DNA from: a virus
Taxonomy: Duplodnaviria; Caudoviricetes
DNA: 37,547 nt
Virus record (IMG/VR): IMGVR_UViG_3300044616_000283
Coordinates: 1-37,547 of that record
Strand: one strand, 5' to 3'
Made by a program: the position numbers and the translations under genes. Positions 9,492 to 20,800 of this stretch are shown one piece after another. How positions within the stretch are numbered: the stretch's first letter is position 1; every line of letters starts with the position of its first letter. The notes under the pieces are model-generated. The model made no database searches, was not told the origin of the DNA, and saw nothing but the letters and a program-made list of their open reading frames with translations.

Positions 9492-11177
9492 ATGCAAGCC
9501 CCCAAGGAAGTGATGGAGGATTTCAGAAACCACCTCTACTTCAGTTTTAAGTACTTAGGTTTAGGTGAACCTACCGCCAAGCAATATGCCATGGCTAATC
9601 GCCTACAGGAAAATGCAATTGATTTTATTTTACAGGCTGGTCGTGGTGATGGTAAGTCCGTCATCATGGCAGCGTATGTATCTTGGCTCCTCCTGCAGAA
9701 ACCCAATACTACAATACTTGTATTATCTGCCACAGCGGACAAGGCCATCAAGTTCGTATCTCAGGTACGGGCAGTGGTTACCCTTGTTCCCTACATGAAG
9801 GCACTGGAGCCACAGGAGGGAGACAAGGACTCAGCCTTTGGATTCAATGTCCATAACCGTACTAAGTTTGGTCAGGATCTTTCAGTGACTGCCAGAGGCA
9901 TTACCTCCCAGATCACAGGTCTCCATGCCGATAAGATTGTGTGTGATGATATTGAAATCCCCGAGAACTCTGATACCCCACAAGCCAGAGAGAAACTCTG
10001 GGAGCGGTGCCTTGAACTGGAGAATGTAAAGAACAAAGTTCAGGATGCCACCATTCAGTTCCTTGGTACACCCCAGTCTAAGGACTCCGTGTACAACAAA
10101 CTAGGCGGCATTTATAAAATCATCAAGTTCCCTGCCGTCATGCCAGACCTAGACAATGCCGAGGATGTAGAGGATGTTGATCCCTACATTCTAGGACTAG
10201 GACTTGAAGCAGATGAGTCCACTCAGCCTGAACGGTTTACTACCGAGGGTATGAGAGAACTAGAAGGTAGGGTAGGTCCAGTTAACTTTGATCTACACTA
10301 TCGACTAAAGACAAGCAGTGCAGACAATAAGAAGTATCCACTAAGACTGGAAGATCTAATTGTGTTAGATGTAGATCCAGAAGTATTTCCCTTAAAGGTT
10401 ATCCATGCCAAGAAGGATGTCAATAGACGAGTCTCTTCATTTGGTATGAAGGGTGACCTTGTGTATGAACCCATGCACATTGAACCACAGTTTGTTCCTT
10501 ATACCCAGACTGCCATGTTCATTGACCCTTCAGGCCGGGGTGCAGACGAGACTGCTATTTGCATTGCCTCCTTTGCCCACGGTTATGTGGTCATTCATGA
10601 GTTGCTTGGTATCCAAGGTGGCTATGATACTCCTACACTAATGCAGGTATGCAAGTTAGTCAACCGATATAATATTAATCTTATTCGGTACGAGTCCAAC
10701 TATGGTGACGGTATGTTTGGCAAGATCATGCAACCAGTCATCAGTGAACACTGTGGCCCTGTAGCCATTGAAGAGTACCGAGTATCTGGTCAGAAGGAAG
10801 TTCGTATTGTGAATGCCCTTGAGCCTATTATGGCACAGCATCGCTTGGTGATGGACACCGAGGTATTGCTGAGCAAGGAAAACCAAATGCAGCTTACCCG
10901 TATCCAGACAAAGCGTGGGGCACTTAAGCACGATGACCGTGTAGATGTCCTCAGTGCTGCGGTATCCTTCTGGACAGATGCGCTTGCCATTGACCCTGCT
11001 AGGGAAATGGAAGTACGCAAGGAGCAAGAGTACAAAGAAAAGATAAAGGATTGGATGTCAAACAAGAGAGCCTTGGGTATTCTGGGTGAAAGAATCTCAG
11101 GTGCAGTTCTACTGAATGGCAAAGATCCTATAGATAAAAAGAATGCAAAATCAATTTTAAAAAGAGGTCGTAGATGA
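9492..11177 (+). CDS. terL: Terminase large subunit (T7 gp19-like)
   Basis: Walker A 'QAGRGDGKS', Walker B 'IVCDDIE', 'LGTPQ', nuclease motifs 'IDPSGRGADET' and 'HDDRVD'. Confidence 0.95.
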   Translation: MQAPKEVMEDFRNHLYFSFKYLGLGEPTAKQYAMANRLQENAIDFILQAGRGDGKSVIMAAYVSWLLLQKPNTTILVLSATADKAIKFVSQVRAVVTLVPYMKALEPQEGDKDSAFGFNVHNRTKFGQDLSVTARGITSQITGLHADKIVCDDIEIPENSDTPQAREKLWERCLELENVKNKVQDATIQFLGTPQSKDSVYNKLGGIYKIIKFPAVMPDLDNAEDVEDVDPYILGLGLEADESTQPERFTTEGMRELEGRVGPVNFDLHYRLKTSSADNKKYPLRLEDLIVLDVDPEVFPLKVIHAKKDVNRRVSSFGMKGDLVYEPMHIEPQFVPYTQTAMFIDPSGRGADETAICIASFAHGYVVIHELLGIQGGYDTPTLMQVCKLVNRYNINLIRYESNYGDGMFGKIMQPVISEHCGPVAIEEYRVSGQKEVRIVNALEPIMAQHRLVMDTEVLLSKENQMQLTRIQTKRGALKHDDRVDVLSAAVSFWTDALAIDPAREMEVRKEQEYKEKIKDWMSNKRALGILGERISGAVLLNGKDPIDKKNAKSILKRGRR

Positions 11178-11671
11178 GCATAGTTGTTGTGACTGGTGTG
11201 GGACCTAGAACCGGGACTTCCTTTGTAATGAAGAAAGCCAAGGATGCTGGTCTGCCAATCATTGGAAAACCTTTTGATAAAACTCTGGTACCCGAACATA
11301 ACCCTAACGGGTATTTTGAGACTACCTCAACAAAGCCAAAAGTTCTTAACAACCATGTAGTAAAGTTATGGTCTCCTGACTTAGCGTTAATACCTCCATT
11401 TCTAATTTCCAAAATCGTAATACTTGAGCGCAAAGATAAACTAGCGCAGATGCATAGTACATACAAGGTGTTTAAGGATGAATGCAAACTCATTCCTGAC
11501 CTAGCAAAAAAGTATAACCCATCTACCATTATCCAAGAACACGATGCGTATCTCAAGCAGTGGTCAAAACAATTTAATCAAAATAATATTATGCGAGTGT
11601 ACACCGAGGATCTAAACGATTCCATTGAGAGTATACTTAGCTTTTTAGAAAGAGGCTTAACATGGGCGTAG
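11174..11671 (+). CDS. Sulfotransferase-family P-loop protein
   Basis: 'VVVTGVGPRTGTS' resembles the 5'-PSB loop; also 'NPNGYFE', 'IVILER' and 'VYTEDL'. Confidence 0.65.
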   Translation: MSIVVVTGVGPRTGTSFVMKKAKDAGLPIIGKPFDKTLVPEHNPNGYFETTSTKPKVLNNHVVKLWSPDLALIPPFLISKIVILERKDKLAQMHSTYKVFKDECKLIPDLAKKYNPSTIIQEHDAYLKQWSKQFNQNNIMRVYTEDLNDSIESILSFLERGLTWA

Positions 11672-12420
11672 CAATCGCAATGGGCGGCATGGCATTAGCA
11701 TCAGGGATCATGGGAGCATTTGGTGCTTCTTCCCAAGCAAGTGCTCAAGCACAGGCCGCTGAGATTCAGCAGCGTAACCAGAACTTTCAGAACCAATGGC
11801 AAAAGGCTTCTCAAGATCGTAACACTATGCGCCAATTCCAAGCATCCTTGGAGCGCAATGCACAAATTGAAAAAGCAGCAAACAAGGAAAGAGCCATGTC
11901 CGAGCTATACTTGGACAAGACTTTCTCCAACCAGAAGAGCACTCTCAGCAAGCAGACAGCAGAAGTAAACTCACAGTTTATCTCTGCAATGTCTGGCAGA
12001 GGTGTTAATCAAAACAGCGGCACAGCCCGAGCACTGCTTCGCCAGAACATGGAAGCACTAGGAAATAACATGGCAGCTCTAAAGCTAAATCATCGTAGTG
12101 CTTATAATGATATCGTAAATCAACAACAGGCCAGACTGGCTCAGCGAAATAGTTCAATGTCCCCAGATCTTGGAGTATTCCTCCCTAGCACTGGCGGTAT
12201 TGCTGATAACTCTTCTACTGCTCTTACTACTGGTTTGATTCAGGCGGGTATTCAAGGTGCTGCAGTGGGTATCAATGCACAGCTCCAGTATGGCAAGCCA
12301 TCTGGTGGTGGCGCTCCAACTCCCGGAGGAACTTCTGGAGGTGGTGGAGCCAACTGGGCCTATGGTATTATGAACCAAGCATTTAATGCTGCTATTCCAT
12401 CAATGAAGATTGGAGGCTAA
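11662..12420 (+). CDS. Internal virion protein (T7 gp14-like)
   Basis: Hydrophobic Gly/Ala N-terminus, Q/A-rich coiled coil, 'MSGRGVNQNSGT' motif, Gly-rich C-terminus; first of a series of increasingly large genes. Confidence 0.65.
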   Translation: MGVAIAMGGMALASGIMGAFGASSQASAQAQAAEIQQRNQNFQNQWQKASQDRNTMRQFQASLERNAQIEKAANKERAMSELYLDKTFSNQKSTLSKQTAEVNSQFISAMSGRGVNQNSGTARALLRQNMEALGNNMAALKLNHRSAYNDIVNQQQARLAQRNSSMSPDLGVFLPSTGGIADNSSTALTTGLIQAGIQGAAVGINAQLQYGKPSGGGAPTPGGTSGGGGANWAYGIMNQAFNAAIPSMKIGG

Positions 12421-12421
12421 T

Positions 12422-13471
12422 ATGGCAAAAGATTTATTTTCTTCTCTGCAAAAGATTGCAGCAGAAGCCAAAGGCAGTATATCCACAAACGATACAGGCA
12501 ATGAGAAGTTAATCGACTCTCAGGATATCTCAAAGATTCAGAATGCAACTCAGATTGCAAACGACATGTATCCAGACCATGCTGCAAAGCGGTTTGACTA
12601 CTGGAAGAAGTCGGTATCTTTGGATGGCATGTCTAACAATGCTCGTAACGAGTACTGGAAGACTTATGAGAAGATGCATCCCCGTGGTCTTGATGGAGCC
12701 AAGAGTGATTTTATTAATGTTACTCTTAATGAAGTAGGTCTTGTCAACGGAGTCTCCAACAAAGAGTTCCTGTTGCGAGATCGTATCTCTAACTCTCCAC
12801 CTTGGGCCAATGATGTCCTTGGCTCAGAGCTTGCAAAGTATTCCACTGTGGTTGCCAATGCCAACATGAGCAAGGCCAGCCAAGTCTACGGCAAGTCTCT
12901 GCAGGATAAGATCAATCGCTTTGTGCATAGCGCAAGCCTTGATCCCGATGTCTCTGTAGATCAGCACACTTCAGACTTCCTTCGTATGGAACAACTAAAT
13001 CTGTTTGATGTTGCCTCGGTCAGCAATGGCCGTATTGGCGCACACGATCAGTCTGGTCAGTTTGTTCCCGGCTTTGCTATTGCAGACCGTAAACAAATCT
13101 TCCCAAAGGATTTCTATGGAACTCCATCAGTTGCTGAGCAGGTTATTGTACGAGATACTGCAACCAAGCCAATCAAGGATGCAGTCGAAACAAGAATCAT
13201 TAATCAGCGCAGCTCTATTTCCCGTCAGGAAAGACTGTCCGCCATGGAAGCCACAAAGCTTTTGGAGGCAGGTCATTACCCAATGGATCGTTGGGGCGAG
13301 GCGTTCTCAATCAATCCAGAGGCTAGCAAAGAAGATCAGATTTCCCGTGGTTTAAAGGGAGAGATTGCTGCTGGTCGAATTAAGTCTAATAAGGATTTAA
13401 TTGAAGGAATCTATACTGCAATGACAAAGTTCCCAACAATGTTTGGAGATTTAAATAATGGCGGAAGTTAA
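12422..13471 (+). CDS. Hypothetical protein, probable internal virion protein
   Basis: ATG at 12422 has GGAGG at 12412-12416; lies between the gp14-like and gp15-like genes. No motif recognised. Confidence 0.55.
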   Translation: MAKDLFSSLQKIAAEAKGSISTNDTGNEKLIDSQDISKIQNATQIANDMYPDHAAKRFDYWKKSVSLDGMSNNARNEYWKTYEKMHPRGLDGAKSDFINVTLNEVGLVNGVSNKEFLLRDRISNSPPWANDVLGSELAKYSTVVANANMSKASQVYGKSLQDKINRFVHSASLDPDVSVDQHTSDFLRMEQLNLFDVASVSNGRIGAHDQSGQFVPGFAIADRKQIFPKDFYGTPSVAEQVIVRDTATKPIKDAVETRIINQRSSISRQERLSAMEATKLLEAGHYPMDRWGEAFSINPEASKEDQISRGLKGEIAAGRIKSNKDLIEGIYTAMTKFPTMFGDLNNGGS

Positions 13472-16400
13472 AAATGAACTTAGTAAATTACTAGGCCAGA
13501 GAGGCTTAGATCCACTACAGCAAACTATATATGAACAGGGGCCAAAGAATTCCTTTGTTGCCCCTGAAGTACAGAATGTATATCAAGAAGGTAAAGTATA
13601 CTTCCCTTCTCCACAAGTTCAAGTAGAGAACAGTGATGTTGCATGGTACAAGCTCGGAGAGTTTGCCTTTGATGCAGCCCTGAAGACATTCACAAATGTT
13701 CAGGACTATCTAATTGACACTAAGCGCAATGGAATAGTTGATGCTAAGGATCAAGCGCAGACTGCGCTCTTTGATCTGGAGAGCAAGCTTAGCGTTGAAA
13801 GCTACAATGCTGGTGCCCAGAAAAGAGAAAAGCAAGCAGCCCTTATCGAAGATATGCAAGCTGAAGCTAAGCTCATTCGGAAAACCTATGCTGATAAAGT
13901 AAAGAATGTTTTAGGTGAGGATCATGATTTACTTTTGAATCCAAACCTAAACATGGGAACTCTCGGTCTTAAGTACCAGAACCTTGCTCTAACTAGCAGA
14001 GGAAGCGATAGAGATATCAGCCGTACAGCCAACCGAATGCTATATCAGCTTGAGCGTGTAAACAAAAACACCGAACAAGTCAATGATATGTCTAAGGCAT
14101 GGATGGCTGGTGCTGGTATTACAAAAGATAATATTTCTGCATTTCAGACAGGCCTTGCTCCCATTCCAACGAATGGTGGTGCTCCTGTCATTGGTGCTGA
14201 TGTGCAGCCAGACGGCTCCTTTAAGGTCAAGACAACCGTTATTGATAATAGAGAAGTTCCGTTGTTAATTCAACATGAAGGACAAGAAGGCTACTTCTTA
14301 AACTTACAAGCTATTGATGCAGCAAGTTGGGATGATCTACAGGGACTAGTAGTACTAGATCAGAAGAGCAGCTACTTAGCAAGTCCCGCTGCTAAGCAGT
14401 TTACCAAGACAACCGAAGATATTATTACTAATGTAGCCAATACTGAAGGCTCTTCCATGAGCACAGGCATGTCTGCGTATGCTGGCCAAGTCTTGGCACA
14501 GTTTTCAGACTCCGTAGCAGAACGGATGATCAATGGTCTGAGTGGATTAGGTACTGATGTTATTACCAAGGAAGGTGCGCGCATGAAGTTAATGATGCTT
14601 CGTGATGCGGCTATTCAGAGGATGCCTATTGAGCAAATCAATACCCTCACAGCAATGTCTAACCAGTCTCTTGGCCAATCTATTGATGGTCTGCGTAAGT
14701 TACAAGCATCTAGTGGTGGTTTAATATACGGCAATATCAGAGAAACTGGAAGAATGGATGAGCTTAATTTAGAAGCTGATGCAATCTTAAAAGTAATTGC
14801 TGGTATTAATCCAGAAGAACCACTACTCAAGCAGGACTTTAAGTTCAAACCTGATTCTACAGGTAGCGGCTTTACTACTGCTAATCCTAACAACGCTATT
14901 ATATTATCCCACTTCTTGCAAAAGAATCCCGGACTAATGCCAGTCGTTGCTCGGGTAATGGCTACAGCCAAAGACAATAGCGCACTATATACAAATGCAG
15001 ATGGCACTATAGATCCAGCAAAGCGTTCTGCTCTGCTAGGTAAGCTTCTACATGAACAAGTTAATTCATCTAATTATGTTAACCTAGGTGCTCAGGCTGA
15101 TGGCACTCCAACCTATATTTATAATCCCGGCTTGATGCATGTACAACAAAGCATGTCTGAGTTAGCCAGAGACACACAGAAGATAGCCGGATGGCCTACT
15201 GCACTTAAAGATTCTAGCAAGCATCAGCAGGTCATGGCACAGACTGCATGGTTCTCTACAGATATTGGTAGCACATCATCCAAGGCAAATATTATGGAGA
15301 TGTCTGCCGATCAGGCTTATGAAGCTGCTCGTTCTTTCATACCAACTGCAGATAAAGATTTATTTGTTAAGGGATGGGAAGCAATGCAAGCCGTTCAGGA
15401 TGATCCTGAGTACGGCTATCGCAGTGCAAGTCTACCTCCAATGGCTATGCTATACAGACTAGCCTTGGCTGCTACTCCAGCTGTTCAGGAAAAGTCTGGT
15501 GCTTTTGCTATGTTTAGCGTAGCATCACCAGAGCAGCGAGAGCAAGCCATGAAGCGTATCATGGATGACTTCCCCCTAGAAGTTGATCCTACTACTGGTT
15601 TTATGCCCGGTATTTCCATTGACATTGACACAGGAGCTTCTAGCCTTGACTTCATTGGGGCTGCCAATGGTGGCATTCCTATTGCCATTACGGGCATTAA
15701 GGGAAAGTCTGGTATTGATTATATGGACGCTGCTTACTCTATCTCAAGTAGAGTCAATGGCCGTGTAATTCCTAAAGGCAGCGATGGTATGCCATCTCTA
15801 ATGATTCATGCTAGCTCAGTCAATGATAAGAACCCTGAGTTCTCTTCTAATCTGAAGAGACTGGGCAGTGCTTATCGTGGAAACTTGGATATGTCCATTG
15901 CAACCAATGAAGACATGCCAAACGGAAACAGTCTTAATATTCGATCTGAAGAAATTCAGAATGTTATTAGTGCAACTACCACTCCATACCTACCAAAGAA
16001 AGCACAGGCAATCTTTGGTAATATTTTAATTGATCAACCACTAGTTAATGCAGAGACAGCTATTGCTTCTTTAAGCCGAAATGGTGTTGCTTTGCGTGAA
16101 GTAGTTGATAGTGATCCTCAGCTGAGCAAGGTAAAGAAGTTAATGTATGAAGTTGCAGATATCAATGGCAGAGGACCAGCTACGGTGGATAATCGTGTGC
16201 TCTTTAGCCCAGAGAATCTACAGCGTCTATATACGCAAGCAGTGGCCCGTGGAGCAAAGACACAAGGAGACTTTGTTGGCTTTGTGTTAGGAACAATGAA
16301 GACATTCCAAGAGAACAGGGCATCTCTAAAAGAGAGAGACTTTGTTGCTCAAAATCAAACTAACTCCGACACTACGCAAGACATTGTAATGCAGGGTGAA

Positions 16401-17819
16401 GAGCAAGGACGAATCCTTTGGAAGCCAAGCTCTCCTAGGTTCTTTGACTTTGTTACTGATCAAGCCCGACAAAGCAAGACAGTATACTCTGGTCCTGCTC
16501 CTGAAGATCCAGAGAACAAGACAGCATATTATGTTATGGATGCAGAGCAAGCTACTCAGCGTGGCTTGACTGTTGCCATTGACGCTACCATGCTTCCTGA
16601 TCTAGACGCCTCTCCCCGTGGTAAGTCACAGGCAAAGCGAAGACAGATTAATGCTACTCGGGATATTCTATTCCCATCAAAACCACAAGCAGATACGATT
16701 TCTCTGACAGAAATAGGTAGACAATCAACTCTTCCCTCTAACATGCAGAAGCAGTTTCAGGAAGACTTCAATGCCTTTGTGGCAAAGAATGATATCAGTG
16801 ACTTTGTAGACCTTCCCTTTATTGATCTATCTGGTTATTATACCGACAACGGTAAGATGCCTGACGATATCGCAAAGGTTCCTCAGAAGTATATCCTACC
16901 CGGACACAGTTCTACCAGACCATGGGTTGATCGGCGTGAGCGCAAGGATTCTTTTGGCCGTAAAAACGAACTGGTTCAGAATATAAAGGATACTACTAAG
17001 ACAATCCAGACATCTGGGTTCTCTGATGAACAGCTGCGTCAAGCAGAGGAACAACTAGGTTTTCCTGTTTATGTTCCCGGTAAGATAGCTAATGTTGTTA
17101 TAGAAGGAACATCTTCAATACTCGGCGGTCTCTTTGGATTTGCTAAGACTGTTGATGATGCTTTGTCCAAGGGCATGACTCAGGCTGGTGATAACCTCAA
17201 TGCAGACATTGAAAAGAATGCTATTGAAGTTCATAGACAGCAGACAATGGAACAGTACAACAAAGATCCTTATGCGTGGTACAACAAGGTCTTTGGTGGT
17301 GATGCATTAACCGCTCTCCGTAGAAACCCACCAAACAAGAATGAAGTTAAGGTTCCAGAAAAGTTCTTTAATTTTATTAATGCCGTGGTTGACTTTGGTG
17401 AGCCAATGGGTCCATCACCTTTCCATTACCTAGGCATTACTACAGATCGTCAAAAGAAGTTGATTAGCACAGGCTGGTCTACACTGGAAACTGAATATCA
17501 AATTCGTCTTGGTCTTAGCAATAAGTCAGACATTCTAGCCGATATTCATGAGACCATTGATAACTTAGAGCCAAATACTTTTAATCTTAGTTCTTCAGAT
17601 AGTGTAGCATTTGCCAGCAGTATATATGAAGCGGCTAAAGATACTGACAATCCTCTTACAAGAGAAGAGGCAAAGGTCCTTGCAGTTACACCTGCATGGA
17701 GACCTGACCTAAAGAAAGCATACTTCAATCTGAGTCTATACCCAGATGGCTATGCAGGTCACACTTACAAAACAACCCGTGAATCCATTGTGGATGCATT
17801 GAGAAAGTTGTTGAAGTAA
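13458..17819 (+). CDS. Large internal virion protein (gp15-like position), 1453 aa
   Basis: Long helical-looking ORF overlapping its neighbour, GGAG RBS; function inferred from synteny only. Confidence 0.55.
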   Translation: MAEVKNELSKLLGQRGLDPLQQTIYEQGPKNSFVAPEVQNVYQEGKVYFPSPQVQVENSDVAWYKLGEFAFDAALKTFTNVQDYLIDTKRNGIVDAKDQAQTALFDLESKLSVESYNAGAQKREKQAALIEDMQAEAKLIRKTYADKVKNVLGEDHDLLLNPNLNMGTLGLKYQNLALTSRGSDRDISRTANRMLYQLERVNKNTEQVNDMSKAWMAGAGITKDNISAFQTGLAPIPTNGGAPVIGADVQPDGSFKVKTTVIDNREVPLLIQHEGQEGYFLNLQAIDAASWDDLQGLVVLDQKSSYLASPAAKQFTKTTEDIITNVANTEGSSMSTGMSAYAGQVLAQFSDSVAERMINGLSGLGTDVITKEGARMKLMMLRDAAIQRMPIEQINTLTAMSNQSLGQSIDGLRKLQASSGGLIYGNIRETGRMDELNLEADAILKVIAGINPEEPLLKQDFKFKPDSTGSGFTTANPNNAIILSHFLQKNPGLMPVVARVMATAKDNSALYTNADGTIDPAKRSALLGKLLHEQVNSSNYVNLGAQADGTPTYIYNPGLMHVQQSMSELARDTQKIAGWPTALKDSSKHQQVMAQTAWFSTDIGSTSSKANIMEMSADQAYEAARSFIPTADKDLFVKGWEAMQAVQDDPEYGYRSASLPPMAMLYRLALAATPAVQEKSGAFAMFSVASPEQREQAMKRIMDDFPLEVDPTTGFMPGISIDIDTGASSLDFIGAANGGIPIAITGIKGKSGIDYMDAAYSISSRVNGRVIPKGSDGMPSLMIHASSVNDKNPEFSSNLKRLGSAYRGNLDMSIATNEDMPNGNSLNIRSEEIQNVISATTTPYLPKKAQAIFGNILIDQPLVNAETAIASLSRNGVALREVVDSDPQLSKVKKLMYEVADINGRGPATVDNRVLFSPENLQRLYTQAVARGAKTQGDFVGFVLGTMKTFQENRASLKERDFVAQNQTNSDTTQDIVMQGEEQGRILWKPSSPRFFDFVTDQARQSKTVYSGPAPEDPENKTAYYVMDAEQATQRGLTVAIDATMLPDLDASPRGKSQAKRRQINATRDILFPSKPQADTISLTEIGRQSTLPSNMQKQFQEDFNAFVAKNDISDFVDLPFIDLSGYYTDNGKMPDDIAKVPQKYILPGHSSTRPWVDRRERKDSFGRKNELVQNIKDTTKTIQTSGFSDEQLRQAEEQLGFPVYVPGKIANVVIEGTSSILGGLFGFAKTVDDALSKGMTQAGDNLNADIEKNAIEVHRQQTMEQYNKDPYAWYNKVFGGDALTALRRNPPNKNEVKVPEKFFNFINAVVDFGEPMGPSPFHYLGITTDRQKKLISTGWSTLETEYQIRLGLSNKSDILADIHETIDNLEPNTFNLSSSDSVAFASSIYEAAKDTDNPLTREEAKVLAVTPAWRPDLKKAYFNLSLYPDGYAGHTYKTTRESIVDALRKLLK

Positions 17820-17856
17820 TCCTATTTATGGCGCATTGCTCCCAGAAAGGGTAATA

Positions 17857-20800
17857 ATGTTTGATTTTGCACAAGGCTTTCCAAGCCAACCTTCGCTGCC
17901 TACTTCCGGGCCGTTGAACTACCAAGCCGAGAAGTTAATCCAAGTTCGTGGATTTGGCGAGATGGGCTTGAACCCAGTAAACATGGTTGGCGGTATGCTC
18001 AACCAAGTAGTCGGTGATGATTATGTTCGCGTTCTTGATGCCTCTGGTCTACGCGATGGAATTAACTGGACCCATGGTGAACTTCGCAAGGTAGCGGATA
18101 ACCGTGAGTATGGAAATCTTGAATACTTCATTAATACCCTTAACGGTGGTAAGCAAAACGATGCAGCAGTTGGCTTGGGATGGGCTTTAGAACCCTCCCA
18201 AGCCATGCTGTATCGCCAGATCATGGGTAATAATCCACTAGAGCCAGTAATGTTTGCTCCTAGTGAAGTTACCCCAGAGATCATGGCCGCTGAAGAACAG
18301 GAACTAAAAGGACTATTATCGACTGATGGTGTCTCAGAAGAGAACCAAAAGCGAGTACAAGAAATTTCAAACAAGAAAGCTTATGTCGAATCAAAGACAC
18401 AAGCTGACAAGAACCTAGGCTTTAACTGGTGGGATTGGTATAAGCAAACCAATGTGTTTAATGCTGCTTCCACTTTGGGAGTCAATGTTCTTGGTGATAA
18501 GGATATTATTGATACACTTACTGAGTATGATCCAAACTTTAAGTCAAACGATTGGTTTGATAATTTTGCTGCTGATCCAATTGTTAAGCAGGGTTTACTA
18601 GAAAACGGGATCACTGCAGATACTGTAGCTGAGTCTCCCAATGCTGACCATGCTTTTATGCGTATTAGCCATATGATGTATGAGTCCAATACCCAAAAGA
18701 GACTGGGTACCTATAAGCCAACTAATTATGACTTTGTAAAGAACATGGGTTCAGGCTTAGTTAGTTTTATGGTGGATACCCCAACAGGTGCTACTATTAT
18801 AACAGGAGCGGCTGTTACTACTGCAGCGTCAATTTTTAGCCCTGCTAACTTTGCTGCTGTAGGAGCCACTGCTTTAGGTGAAGCTGCTGTACTGGGAGAA
18901 AGCGCTGTTGCCACAAGCAGTACCATGACCTTCCTCAATGGAGCAAAGACACTAGGCGAAACTCTCTATAAGCTCCCACTTGGTATGGCTCCTCAGTGGA
19001 TGGAGGGTACTACCCTTTTATCAATGACTGCAGCTAACATAGCTTCCGGTGCTATTCAAGGAACAATCGGTTCTTACAATCAACAAGCCAATGAGATTTC
19101 CTTTGGTGCGGCTACTATGTATGTTAATCCTTCTGTTCGTAGAGAGATGGATTATAGTGAGGTAGCAATAGAAGCGCTGTATTCCGGTGTGATGATGGGT
19201 GGTCTATTTGGTTTGGGTGGTGGTCTTTTACGCTCTGTAAAAGGCATGACTGATAATGGACTCAAGGGACTAATCATTGATCCAGTAACAGGCAAGCGTA
19301 ATAGACTAGACCGTAGCTTTACTTTCCAAGATACGCCACTAGGTAATACACTCCAGATGCTCCATATCAAGGACTACGAAAGAAGTCTCATTGACCTGAA
19401 GCCAGTTGATGTTGTGCGTAATGAGGCCATCCTTGAGAAGACTGATCCCACTCCAGATCGCCTTGCTGCCGAGACAGAAGGCTACGCTGATAGAGCCGAG
19501 GCTAGAGAAGCGCTTAAGAATCCCGAAGCAGCAGAGGCTACCCCAGAGGATGTGGGCACTCGTAAGTATGAATCCGAAACAACAGAACAATATATTAATC
19601 GTGTGGCCCCAAGCCGCACTATCCGTAATCTACCTGAGCTGGTAACTGAGGTTGCTAGAAGAACACAGGTAGAAGGTGGGCGTATGATTTCTTCTACAGA
19701 AGAGTATCATCAGATGACCCCACAGGATCAGGCAAGAACGCTGATCCGCACACAGGCTGTTCTTGAGGCTGCTAAGAAGGCTGAAGAGAAGGCTGTGGGT
19801 CTACCAAAGGAACGCGAGCGTGTCTTTGAGCAGTTAGAGGCTTCTCGCAAGGAAGCTTTACGCCGCATTGGCAAGACTCTTACTCCAATTGAATTCAAGA
19901 GACTGAAGGCAGAACTCAAGGGTGATAAACCCAAGGTAAAGGGCAGTCTGCCTGAGCTGCTTACTGTAGCTAATGACAAAGCAAAGCCAATCGCAGAACG
20001 AAAGGCTAATGCTGAAGAAGCCGCAGGACAAATCCTAGAAACAGCCCGTGCAGTTATTAAGAATCCTGATAAGGCTAAGGTAATCAAGTCAAAAGTTCCA
20101 CAAGAAATTCTTGACAAGGTTGATGCTGTTGTTGTAGAAGAAGCTCTTACTGGTAGAGTCTCAGCAGAAACAGCAGAAGAAGTTAAGAGAAGTCTTTTAT
20201 CAGCCGAAGAACCTTTTACCTCTAGCCTTACCAAGCGTATTGAGCGAGCAGTAAAAGTCAATAGACTCTCTCCTGATCGCGTCGCTAGAATCAACGCAAT
20301 CAAAGAAGACCACACTCGCTTTGTGTCTCTAGTTAAGGGAAACAAGATGCGAGCACTGGCGCTGTACAACCACATCCACGAAGGCGTAGTTACTGGTGTA
20401 CTTACTGCAGAAGATCGTGTTCTTATCCTAGCTTCCGTATCACACCTTAACTTTGATCTTAAGGGTTTTGCGATGGAGTATGCATATAAGAACATGGACG
20501 ATGTTAATGTTGCAGGTGAATACAATGCCAAAACAAGAGTACTCACACTAAACACCAAGTCTACACCATCCAATAGAGCACATACAGTTCTCCATGAAAT
20601 TGGACATGCTCTCTTCTCAAACGACATGCGTGGTGAAGTATACCTTGAGAATCTCAAGCTGTACAACAGCATGCGCGAAGGTACTCCTCTTTCCAGTAAG
20701 GGTATTCAATTAATTGATCCTCTTACAGAAAACCTAGGCAAGTACCATCTTCAGAATGTTGAAGAGTCATTTGTTCAATTGTTCTCCAATGTAGTACTGG

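Noticed and set aside
19728-20672. 314-aa and other minus-strand ORFs throughout the window
   Set aside because: Antisense shadows of long + strand genes with no recognisable motifs.
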